Positions 39,160 through 47,638 of a stretch of DNA of 64,000 bases are shown one piece after another. The notes beneath the pieces are model-generated. The model made no database searches and was not told the DNA's origin. It saw only the letters and a program-made list of their open reading frames with translations. Source of the DNA: Clostridia bacterium (GTDB lineage Bacteria; Bacillota; Clostridia; UMGS1883); assembly GCA_045545295.1 (NCBI GenBank), contig JAZQAO010000017.1, positions 977 to 64,976 of the forward strand. The letters are read 5' to 3'. The position numbers and the translations under genes were made by a program. Position 1 is the stretch's first letter. Each line of letters starts with the position of its first letter.

Positions 39160-40098
39160 TTAGTTACATTCTGCTGTCAAAGGACCAGCCAGCTCCTTAA
39201 GATAGAAGAGCTTACCGGGCATTGTGGGAATGAATGAAGATGTAATGCTCTTATCAGGACCATAGTGGAGAGTCATAAGGAAGCTCATACCCTGCCAGCC
39301 CATGCCTCTGCCAAGAGCACCGTCACATCCACCGATGATTGTATCAGCCTGAAGGAAGAGACCGGGGCCTACTGTGTTAGCACGGCAAGGAACAAGTGTA
39401 GTACGGCTCTTAAAGCTTGTAATAGCGTTCTGTTCGATAGTCATAGGATTAAGCTTTGCACCAATTCTGTAGCACTGCTTCTTCCATTCTTCAACTGTAT
39501 CAAATTCATCTGCAAAGTGGGGTTCCCAGAATGCGATGTGACAAGCACGACCAATACCGAATACGAGAACAAGCTTTGCACCCTCTGCCTTAAGGGCAGC
39601 AATCTTCTCGGGATATGTGGGAAGGTTTTCCTTTGAAGCAAAGTTACGCTGACTGGGAGGAACTGTGTTCTCACCAAGCTTATCAAAGAAAGCCTGCTTC
39701 ATGCTGTATTCAAATGATGCGGGGTCTGTGTTGGGAAGTGTGTTACCCTCTGCGTCAGACCATTCGTCCATATTGAATGTGTAAACGTGGTCACACTTTA
39801 TATTCCATTCCTTAAGGAAGTAAACTGCCCATTTGTACATACCCATAGGTCCTACGGGAAGAATCATAGCGAGCTTTTCGCCTCTTTCACGAGCGTTCTT
39901 GATCTGAAGAGCGATTTCGTGTCCCATAAATGTGTCAAACTCAAAAATGTTGTCACATTCAACGGGAGTAAAGTCCTTATGCCAGAAATCTTCACGGGTT
40001 ACACCCTTTTCACAACATTCGTCAATTTTCTTGAGGTCCCAACCCTTGGGGAAAAAGCTTTCGCACATACTGCCTTCAACTGTACTTAAAAAATCCAT
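39160..40098 (-). CDS. NagB/AgaI-superfamily sugar-phosphate deaminase/isomerase-like protein with an N-terminal extension
   Basis: 312 aa. NMDEW and [13 protein letters not shown] resemble the glucosamine-6-P deaminase LDEY and G.G.DGH.AFNEP motifs. Confidence 0.6.
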   Translation of the reverse strand: MDFLSTVEGSMCESFFPKGWDLKKIDECCEKGVTREDFWHKDFTPVECDNIFEFDTFMGHEIALQIKNARERGEKLAMILPVGPMGMYKWAVYFLKEWNIKCDHVYTFNMDEWSDAEGNTLPNTDPASFEYSMKQAFFDKLGENTVPPSQRNFASKENLPTYPEKIAALKAEGAKLVLVFGIGRACHIAFWEPHFADEFDTVEEWKKQCYRIGAKLNPMTIEQNAITSFKSRTTLVPCRANTVGPGLFLQADTIIGGCDGALGRGMGWQGMSFLMTLHYGPDKSITSSFIPTMPGKLFYLKELAGPLTAECN

Positions 40099-40112
40099 AG
40101 TAATTCTCCTTT

Positions 40113-41060
40113 TTATTTATTATAAGTTTCAATAAATTTCATTATATCTGCGTAGGGTTTGATGCCTGTTGTTGCACCCTTTTCCATTACACAGTGTGCA
40201 CCTGTGGCATTAGCAAACACCATACATTCTTCAAGAGGTTTCTCCATAGCGTATGCTGCAAGGAAACCTGAACAGAAGCTATCTCCTGCACCTGTTGTAT
40301 CAACAGGATTCTCAATATAGAAGGGCGGATAAACTGTACCCTTACTCTCCCCTTCTTTACGAAGGTAACTACCCTTTGAGCCAAGCTTGATGATTACATT
40401 CTTAGCACCTTTTGACTGAAATACGTCTGCAATGCTTTCAGGGTTTTCTTCCTTTGCGATGCAAACCGCTTCGTCAATGCTGGGCATAAAGTAATCTATG
40501 TAAGGAAGTGACATATCAAGAAGTTCACCCCATCTGCCGCTTGCATCCCAGCAAACGTCAAGGAATGTAGTCTTTCCCATCTCCTTACAACGCTTAAGGA
40601 ACTTCATAGTTTCCTCACCGTCAAAGGTGTCCATAATAAATGAACCCGTTACAAAAACCATATCGCACTTTTCAACCGCATCATAGTTGATGTCGCTTTC
40701 AGCAAAAACACCATTCGCACCAACACAGTGGAAGAACGAGCGTTCACCTGTCCCGGGATCTATCATAAGCACCGATGCAGAGGTCTGTGCATCATCAGAC
40801 ACTTTAAGACCTGAAACATCAACGCCTGCGTCTTTAAGTCTGCCCTTAAGGAATTCACCGAACATATCGTTTCCGACCATTCCTACCATCGTCGACTCAA
40901 CACCGATTTTACGAAGGTTGATTGATGCAGTCATAGCGTTACCGCCATTGTGCATAGTGATTGAATTAACCTTTTCAAGTATACCTTTTTCGGGGAATTT
41001 AGTAACAGGCTCAACAATAACGTCTGCTACTAAAATTCCGACACAAGCTACTTTTTTCAT
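40113..41060 (-). CDS. PfkB-family carbohydrate kinase
   Basis: 315 aa with the N-terminal GG motif (MHNGGNA) and the C-terminal DTTGAGDSF signature. Confidence 0.85.
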   Translation of the reverse strand: MKKVACVGILVADVIVEPVTKFPEKGILEKVNSITMHNGGNAMTASINLRKIGVESTMVGMVGNDMFGEFLKGRLKDAGVDVSGLKVSDDAQTSASVLMIDPGTGERSFFHCVGANGVFAESDINYDAVEKCDMVFVTGSFIMDTFDGEETMKFLKRCKEMGKTTFLDVCWDASGRWGELLDMSLPYIDYFMPSIDEAVCIAKEENPESIADVFQSKGAKNVIIKLGSKGSYLRKEGESKGTVYPPFYIENPVDTTGAGDSFCSGFLAAYAMEKPLEECMVFANATGAHCVMEKGATTGIKPYADIMKFIETYNK

Positions 41061-41767
41061 GGAAGCATTCTCCTAACTGTTGGTTTTGGATATACCATAC
41101 ACTGTGAAAAAGCCTCTGCATACTGTGCACCGCACTGATAGCCGCGATATTTTGAAATAGTCTTAACCATATCTGCAAAGTCAATATTATCGTGCTCTCT
41201 CATCCACTTAAGCTGACTTTCATGGCATTCAAGCATTTCAAGCTTTAAATCAATCTCATCTGTTATATCCACATATTCAGTAGGTAAAAATTCATTTCCG
41301 CCAAGATTATCCATATAGAATATGGGTGTAACCTCTGAAGGGGTAGCTACAGACGTTTTATAATGAGGCACGCTTGCCGCAAATGAAGCATCAAATACAA
41401 GCTTTGACACTGCTGTATGGTCAGGCATATAATCATTTGGTGCATGAGTGATAATAAAGTCAGGCTGTGCTTCACGAATTATATCTACAACCTTATCACG
41501 CTGCTCCTTACTGGATTCATAAGCCAAAAGGTCACCAATGTCACAGGTTACAACCTTGATTCCTGCAAGAGATCCCGCTTTTATAGCCTCATTCCTACGA
41601 ATCCGGGCAAGCTCATCAGGTTCTATGATAACGTGTCCCAGATTACCGTTGCATACATGGCACACAGTAACATTGTCACCACGCTTTACACATTTAGCTA
41701 AAGTTCCTGCACAGTTAATTTCAATGTCATCAGGATGACAGCCGATTGCAAGTACATTCATTTTCAA
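41057..41767 (-). CDS. PIG-L/LmbE-family N-acetyl-sugar deacetylase
   Basis: 236 aa with the VLAIGCHPDDIE motif and later H..DH (PNDYMPDH). It has a 4-nt overlap with the kinase gene. Confidence 0.85.
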   Translation of the reverse strand: MKMNVLAIGCHPDDIEINCAGTLAKCVKRGDNVTVCHVCNGNLGHVIIEPDELARIRRNEAIKAGSLAGIKVVTCDIGDLLAYESSKEQRDKVVDIIREAQPDFIITHAPNDYMPDHTAVSKLVFDASFAASVPHYKTSVATPSEVTPIFYMDNLGGNEFLPTEYVDITDEIDLKLEMLECHESQLKWMREHDNIDFADMVKTISKYRGYQCGAQYAEAFSQCMVYPKPTVRRMLP

Positions 41768-41895
41768 AAACCTCCGTTAATTTAGCATTCTGATTGACTT
41801 TCTGTCATTTTTATTATACAATTACAGTACAATTATGTATTTAACAATATTTGCGTTTTTTTTATCATTTTGTCCGCGAGGAGGTTTTTTGGAAA

Positions 41896-42768
41896 ATGTT
41901 CGACACTCAAAAGGTACATAAGGAAATAGAAATAAAAGGCTTTAACAGCATATATTACTTTGAATTTGGAAAAGACTTCTCCCACGCACCCGAAAAACAT
42001 GATTTCTGGGAAATGGTTTATGTTGACAGCGGGCGGATAAACGCTATTACCAACGGCGTTGGTCTTACTCTTGAAGAGGGGCAGGCTATTTTTCACGAGC
42101 CGATGGAAGTTCACGCCCATATTTCTGACAACCGTGTGGCAAATAATATGCTTGTCATTTCTTTCACGGCAGATGGTGAAATGCTCAGCCACCTGAAAGG
42201 AAAAACCTTTAATCTTAATAAGACCGGCAAAATGCTTCTTTCACTGTTTATTGATGAGGCAAAAAATGCTCTCGGCACAGTGCCGTCTAATTATGAAAAT
42301 AAGGAAAACCTGAATTTTAGAAACGACGTATTCGGTGCTTCACAGCTCCTTAACTGCTATTTCACGGAGTTTATTATTCGCCTTATCCGAAGCGGAAGTG
42401 ATATGAGTAAAAAACTTGAAACAAGCAAAAAATCCCGTGACATTGCAAACAACTCTCTTAGTGAGCTTATATCAGATTATCTTAAAAGCAGTGTTTATAC
42501 GCCAATAACCCTTAAAGAATTATGCGAGCATTTTCTTATCGGAAAAACCCAGCTTTGCAAAATATTCCGTGAAAGTACAGGACAGAGCCCCATGGAATAT
42601 TATATGGAACAAAAGATATCCGAGGCAAAAAAGCTTCTCCGCGAGAAAAACCACACTGTAAGTCAGATTTCAGATATGCTTGGTTATTCATCCATACACA
42701 TTTTTTCCAGGGCATTTAAAAAAGCAGTGGGACTTTCTCCCACTGCTTATCAAAGACGCATAATATGA
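41896..42768 (+). CDS. AraC-family transcriptional regulator
   Basis: I prefer the start MFDTQKV, with GAGGAGG upstream. It has a cupin-like N-terminus and the C-terminal HTH GYSSIHIFSRAFKKAVGLSPTAYQ. It is divergent from the PIG-L operon. Confidence 0.8.
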   Translation: MFDTQKVHKEIEIKGFNSIYYFEFGKDFSHAPEKHDFWEMVYVDSGRINAITNGVGLTLEEGQAIFHEPMEVHAHISDNRVANNMLVISFTADGEMLSHLKGKTFNLNKTGKMLLSLFIDEAKNALGTVPSNYENKENLNFRNDVFGASQLLNCYFTEFIIRLIRSGSDMSKKLETSKKSRDIANNSLSELISDYLKSSVYTPITLKELCEHFLIGKTQLCKIFRESTGQSPMEYYMEQKISEAKKLLREKNHTVSQISDMLGYSSIHIFSRAFKKAVGLSPTAYQRRII

Positions 42769-42771
42769 CTA

Positions 42772-44217
42772 TTACGTATTTACGGAATAATCTTTTTTAA
42801 ATCCGTGTGCACCGAAAATTTGCCACCTGCCAACACCAAGTCTTTCAATTATTGCATTTCTTTCCTCTACGCATAATCCGGGGTCCGTGTCTACCGATGT
42901 CATAAGTATGGGTGCATACTTATTATATTTCGCTTGTTCTGCCGTCAATCCGTGCATATTGATATAAATATCACCTGTGATTGCAATATGCTTTGAATAG
43001 TCTATCAGTACAATCTCCCCGGGAAGATGTCCGCCTTTACCTTCATACACCTCAAAATGCAATTCACCAAAATCAAAGAAACCGATTTGTGTAAGGGGTT
43101 CTGCGGGATTTTCAATGTTATTCCACATAGCAGTCAGCTTTGCTGAATTTACCGCTTTGTATGAAGTCAGAATTTTGCAAATGTTTATATAAGGCTTGTG
43201 GAGGGGATTTTCTTCTCTGTATCCGTTTTTGCCTTCGTATTCATTTCTCAGGCAATTTACCGTTTTAGTGCTTCCAATTACTTTGTCAAATACCGGTAAC
43301 AGTCCGCAGTGGTCAACATCTGCGTGAGTTACAAGAATCGTCTTTTCCATAGTTTCAAACTCAGGAAGGATTCTTCTGAATATATCAAGCATTTCTTTGG
43401 CATAGCAAGCGTATCCGCTATCAACAAATAAGACCTTATCATTGCTTTTTATGATAATGGTATTACTTCCGCAGGGAGGCTCTATAAGAGTTATTTCCGT
43501 ATTATCGGTTACCTTGTGAGTGCTTATGCGGGGATTAAAGTTTTTTCCTTTCGAAGCGGCTAAAAGCTCTGCAAACTTACTGATACTGTCAAATGTACGA
43601 TAGGGTGACAGTCCCTTTTCGTCAAGGGTCTGCATCGCAAGATTAACAGAAGTCAGAAGTTCACGGCTTACCTCTTCTGAAAGTCCCATTGTCTGCGACA
43701 ATCCTGAAACATAAGTATTATAAAAGATACTGTTATCGTATACTTTTTCAGAACTGTTGTAATCTATAACACGAACCTTGCAAAGCTTTGCCGCTTCCTT
43801 CAGGAAGAGTGAAATCTTATCGTAATCCTCAACATACAAGCCCATTTTGAAATACTGATAATCTGTTCCGTTTTCCTGCGAGCTGATGTAGGAAATATTG
43901 AAATTAAATTCGTTTATAAGCTCAAGCACTCTGGTTACACTGCCCGGAACATCCGAAAGGCAGAATTCTATCAGAACAATGCTTGTTTTACTTGTACCTG
44001 TTTGCAGATAACCGATTTTCTGAAGCTCGGCATCTGCTTTTTTTAATTGTTCCTTTGTGCCCTCTGCATCAATAAACAAGGTGTGTGAATCAACCGCTTT
44101 GTTGTAGCTTACGCGGGTAATATTTACTCCCAATGCAGAAAAGCATTTACTTGCCTTCAAAAATGCACCGATATGATTAGGCATAGAAGTTACATAGGTT
44201 TTTTTCACATAAATCAC
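42772..44217 (-). CDS. ACT-ACT-MBL-fold fusion protein, function unknown
   Basis: 481 aa with two ACT-like units in residues 1-150 (MPNHIGAFLKASKCFSALGVNITRVS; LSDVPGSVTRVLELINEFNFNISYIS). The C-terminal MBL-like fold carries the variant metal motif THADVDHCG. GAGGTG lies 4 nt before the ATG and 24 nt after the upstream stop. Confidence 0.6.
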   Translation of the reverse strand: MIYVKKTYVTSMPNHIGAFLKASKCFSALGVNITRVSYNKAVDSHTLFIDAEGTKEQLKKADAELQKIGYLQTGTSKTSIVLIEFCLSDVPGSVTRVLELINEFNFNISYISSQENGTDYQYFKMGLYVEDYDKISLFLKEAAKLCKVRVIDYNSSEKVYDNSIFYNTYVSGLSQTMGLSEEVSRELLTSVNLAMQTLDEKGLSPYRTFDSISKFAELLAASKGKNFNPRISTHKVTDNTEITLIEPPCGSNTIIIKSNDKVLFVDSGYACYAKEMLDIFRRILPEFETMEKTILVTHADVDHCGLLPVFDKVIGSTKTVNCLRNEYEGKNGYREENPLHKPYINICKILTSYKAVNSAKLTAMWNNIENPAEPLTQIGFFDFGELHFEVYEGKGGHLPGEIVLIDYSKHIAITGDIYINMHGLTAEQAKYNKYAPILMTSVDTDPGLCVEERNAIIERLGVGRWQIFGAHGFKKDYSVNT

Positions 44218-44241
44218 CTCGTTTATATGCTTTGTATAGAA

Positions 44242-46542
44242 TTACTTGCCCATTTTCTCCATATCATTTTTGCGGATTTCAACACGTCTTACCTTACCGC
44301 TGATTGTTTTGGGAAGCTCATCAACAAACTCAACGATTCTCGGATATTTGTAAGGAGCAGTGTGAGTTTTTACATATTCCTGAATTTCTTTTTTGAGTTC
44401 GTCTGTTCCTTCTGTGCCTTTGACAAGAACTATGGTAGCTTTTACAATCTGACCGCGTACTTCATCAGGAACAGGTGTGATTGCACATTCAAGAACGTAA
44501 GGAAGCTCCATGATAACACTCTCTATTTCGAAAGGTCCGATACGGTAACCGGATGACTTGATAACATCGTCGATACGACCTACATACCAAAGATATCCGT
44601 CCTCATCCATTGTTGCCTGATCGCCTGTATGATAATATCCGTCATGCCATACTTCGTTTGTTTTTTCTTCATCAAGATAGTAGCCGATAAAGAGACCGCA
44701 AGGTATTTCGTCCTTTACACGGATACAGATTTCGCCTGTATCTCCGGTCTTGCACTCGTTTCCGTCAGGATCAAGGACAACAACATCGTAGAGAGGGGAA
44801 GGTCTTCCCATAGAACCGATTTTTGGTGTTGGGCCGACAAAGTTTGCGATAGAAAGTGTTGTTTCCGTCTGACCAAAGCCTTCCATGATTGTAAGTCCCG
44901 TTGCTTTTTTGAACTGATTAAATACTTCGGGGTTAAGTGCTTCCCCTGCGGTTGTAGCATATTCGATAGAAGAAAGGTCATACTTTGATAAATCTTCTTT
45001 AATAAAGAAACGGTACATTGTAGGCGGTGCACAGAAGGTTGTGATATGGTATTTTGCAAACATCGGCAAGATGTCCTCTGAATGGAAGCGGTCAAAGTCA
45101 TAAGTGAACTGTGCTGCTTCACAGAGCCATTGTCCGTAGAGCTTACCCCAAAGAGCCTTACCCCAGCCTGTATCTGAGATTGGAAAGTGAAGTCCGTCAG
45201 GATTTACATTGTGCCAATGCTTTGCAGTAGGATAATGACCGAGTGCATATTTGTATGAGTGTGTTGCGATTCTCGGATATCCTGTTGTACCTGATGTAAA
45301 GAGCATAAGCATCGGGTCGTTACCGCAGGGTGTATTCTCTGTCCGGTCAAAATGAGTGCTGAAGCGTTCCATTTCAACATTGAAATCGTGCCAGCCTTCT
45401 TTATTGCCGCCAACTAAAACTTTAACCATACCGGGATAGTTTGCTGCGGCTTTTTCTGCTTCAGCTGACACATCGCCGTCAGCAGTACATACAACCGCTT
45501 TTACTCTTGCTGCTTTGTATCTGTAATCAAAATCGTGTTCTACAAGCTGATTTGTTGCAGGGATTGCGATAGCGCCGATTTTATGGAGTGCAAGCATTGA
45601 AAACCAGAACTGATAATGACGCTTTAATACAAGCATTACCGTATCGCCCTTTTTGATACCCAGTGATTCAAAATAATTTGCAGTTTTGTTGGAATACTTT
45701 TTCATATCGCTGAAAGTAAAGCGTCTGTCGGTCTTATCATTTGCAACCCACATCATAGCCAGTTTTTCGGGATTTTTTTCTGCGATAGCATCCACACAGT
45801 CAAATGCAAAATTGAATGTATCTGCGTTTTTGAATTTGATACCATTGAAAACTCCGTTTTCATCATAGGATGATTCAATAAATTTATCTGCAACTGTTTC
45901 TGACTTTTTCTTTTCAGAAGCTGCCTTAGCCGCAATCATAGGTGCTTCGGGATATTCCTCACTAACAGTTCCGTCCTGGGGATTTAACACAACTGCATGG
46001 AACTCACATCCGCCTTCTGACACTGCAATCATACCGTGAGGAATGAGGCTGTTATAGAAAATAGAGTCTCCTTCGTGAAGTATATCTACGTGATTTCCAA
46101 TCTGAACCTTGAGAGAGCCTTTAACGATAACATCAAATTCCTGACCGTTATGTGAGTTTAACTGCATCGGTGCATTTTGCTCCTCTTCAATATAGGGAAA
46201 TTTAACAAGGAAGGGTTCAGCAAGCTTTTCTCTGAATTTAGGAGCAAGGTTATTATACTCTACACCGTGCTTCTTTACGATTTTAAGTCCCTCGCCTTTT
46301 CTTGTGATTGCAAAGGAGGTAAGTGTTGTGCTTGTTCCTTCAAGCAAATCAACAACCTCTACACCGCAAGCCTTTGCACACTTGTAGATAAATGTGAAGC
46401 TGAAGTCTGTTTCCCCCATCTCCAAAACCTTGTAATCTTCTACTGATACACCTGTAAGCTTTGCAAGCTCCTCCTGTGTAAAACCTTTTGCCTCGCGCAG
46501 GTCTTTGATTCTGCCTGCAACTTCTTTCAAACTGTAATCCAT
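44242..46542 (-). CDS. XRE-HTH + cupin + AMP-forming (medium-chain type) acyl-CoA synthetase fusion
   Basis: 766 aa. Residues 1-65 form an HTH (KGFTQEELAKLTGVSVEDYKVLEMG). Residues ~110-190 form a cupin (GQEFDVIVKGSLKVQIGN...HEGDSIFY..IPHG). The remainder carries adenylate-forming motifs (FTSGTTGYPR, YHTGD, SGKVRR). Confidence 0.8.
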   Translation of the reverse strand: MDYSLKEVAGRIKDLREAKGFTQEELAKLTGVSVEDYKVLEMGETDFSFTFIYKCAKACGVEVVDLLEGTSTTLTSFAITRKGEGLKIVKKHGVEYNNLAPKFREKLAEPFLVKFPYIEEEQNAPMQLNSHNGQEFDVIVKGSLKVQIGNHVDILHEGDSIFYNSLIPHGMIAVSEGGCEFHAVVLNPQDGTVSEEYPEAPMIAAKAASEKKKSETVADKFIESSYDENGVFNGIKFKNADTFNFAFDCVDAIAEKNPEKLAMMWVANDKTDRRFTFSDMKKYSNKTANYFESLGIKKGDTVMLVLKRHYQFWFSMLALHKIGAIAIPATNQLVEHDFDYRYKAARVKAVVCTADGDVSAEAEKAAANYPGMVKVLVGGNKEGWHDFNVEMERFSTHFDRTENTPCGNDPMLMLFTSGTTGYPRIATHSYKYALGHYPTAKHWHNVNPDGLHFPISDTGWGKALWGKLYGQWLCEAAQFTYDFDRFHSEDILPMFAKYHITTFCAPPTMYRFFIKEDLSKYDLSSIEYATTAGEALNPEVFNQFKKATGLTIMEGFGQTETTLSIANFVGPTPKIGSMGRPSPLYDVVVLDPDGNECKTGDTGEICIRVKDEIPCGLFIGYYLDEEKTNEVWHDGYYHTGDQATMDEDGYLWYVGRIDDVIKSSGYRIGPFEIESVIMELPYVLECAITPVPDEVRGQIVKATIVLVKGTEGTDELKKEIQEYVKTHTAPYKYPRIVEFVDELPKTISGKVRRVEIRKNDMEKMGK

Positions 46543-46599
46543 TGTTTTTGTCTCCTTTCAATTTTTGACAAATTTGATATTTGGTTACAAATCTGAATA

Positions 46600-46890
46600 A
46601 AACAAAAAAACTCGCCTCAAAGATAACTTTGAGACGAGTTATAATAACCCGCGGTACCACTCAAATTACGGAAATACAAAATCTCCGTCACTTACCGAGC
46701 TCCAACAAGCCCTTTGCCTTTACGCAGCATTACGGAAGGAATCTACTCACATTTTGCTTTCGGTCCTCCGACTCAGAGGTGATAAGTCATTGGAAAGTCT
46801 CACCATTGCCTCGCACCAACCGGCAACTCTCTCCAGGCTCCACAATCCGACCGTCCTCGTCACAGTCATTTTTGTGATATTCAAATTTTA
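46600..46890 (-). promoter_or_regulatory. T-box riboswitch leader with a terminator/antiterminator
   Basis: On the minus strand: the GA/K-turn motif; the AGAGAG bulge and GGUUGGUGCGA distal loop (46834-46806); the T-box sequence AAUUUGAGUGGUACCGCGGG (46667-46646); and the terminator CUCGUCUCAAAG-UUAU-CUUUGAGGCGAG + U7 (46640-46604). Confidence 0.85.
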
Positions 46891-46896
46891 ATATGG

Positions 46897-46925
46897 ATTA
46901 TACGCTCACAATTTTAATTTGTCAA
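46897..46925 (-). promoter_or_regulatory. Consensus sigma-A promoter driving the T-box leader
   Basis: On the minus strand: TTGACA (46925-46920), a 17-nt spacer, then TATAAT (46902-46897). Confidence 0.75.
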
Positions 46926-47037
46926 TAGTTTTTTCAAAATAAATTTGTTTTTTTATTCATTATTCATTGAGCAGCTCTGTAAAACAGGCAATAATTATGC
47001 AAATTTTTTCATAGACATTTTCTTACAAACTCTTACA

Positions 47038-47066
47038 TTGACTATATTTATTAAGGGCTGTATAAT
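47038..47066 (+). promoter_or_regulatory. Sigma-A type promoter for the 129-aa gene
   Basis: TTGACT (47038-47043), a 17-nt spacer, then TATAAT (47061-47066). The GAGGTGA SD follows before the ATG at 47087. Confidence 0.65.
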
Positions 47067-47086
47067 TTTACTTGAGGTGAAATTAT

Positions 47087-47476
47087 ATGGTCCATTCTTT
47101 ATCTGAAGACTTTCAGAATAAGGTTTCTGTTCTGATTGCAAGAAATAACAATATCCTTGATATTCTCACAAAATTTCAGGACAGCGCAGGAAAAACAAGC
47201 CGCAGTGTAATAAAATCCGCAACAGGATGCGGATGTGTAAAAATTGAAGCAGAGAAAACAGTTTTTGACATTGACAGTGTGATAATCTCACCCAAAGAGC
47301 TTTCCGGTGTCAAAGGCAACATCTGTAACGCCTGTAAAGAGCGCATAGAACAGGAAATCGGAGAATCACTCTTTTATCTTGCTGCACTATGTAACGCACT
47401 TGGTTTTTCAATGAAAGATATTATGAAAAATGAACTGAAAAGCGTAGAAATGCTTGGAAAGTACAGTCTGAAATAG
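47087..47476 (+). CDS. Small Cys-containing protein with a MazG-like C-terminal helix pattern
   Basis: 129 aa. EQEIGESLFYLAALCNALGFSMKDI resembles the MazG E..E/L.YL..LA..LG motif. It has a good promoter and SD. Confidence 0.45.
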   Translation: MVHSLSEDFQNKVSVLIARNNNILDILTKFQDSAGKTSRSVIKSATGCGCVKIEAEKTVFDIDSVIISPKELSGVKGNICNACKERIEQEIGESLFYLAALCNALGFSMKDIMKNELKSVEMLGKYSLK

Positions 47477-47543
47477 CAGATTGAATCAAATTGGTTTGTG
47501 CGAATAAGGATTTCTGCACCTTAACTTTTAAATTCTTGCACAT

Positions 47544-47638
47544 AAAAAAGAAGCGTGCCGCTTCACCCATGTCGCACCCTCACAGGAGTGCAAACAAAGT
47601 TTCCTGCGTCATAATTTGACGCAAATTCCTATACGGTT
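47544..47638 (+). repeat. Family-2 ~95-nt structured repeat, copy A
   Basis: AAAAAAGAAGCGTGCCGCTTCACCCATGTCGCACCCTCACAGGAGTGCAAACAAAGTTTCCTGCGTCATAATTTGACGCAAATTCCTATACGGTT. Confidence 0.8.

Noticed and set aside
46581-46877. The 98-aa + strand ORF and the 103-aa minus-strand ORF (46349-46660) that overlap the leader region.
   Set aside because: Both overlap the T-box leader and terminator. Neither has an SD or protein-like composition. The RNA element explains the conservation-type features better.
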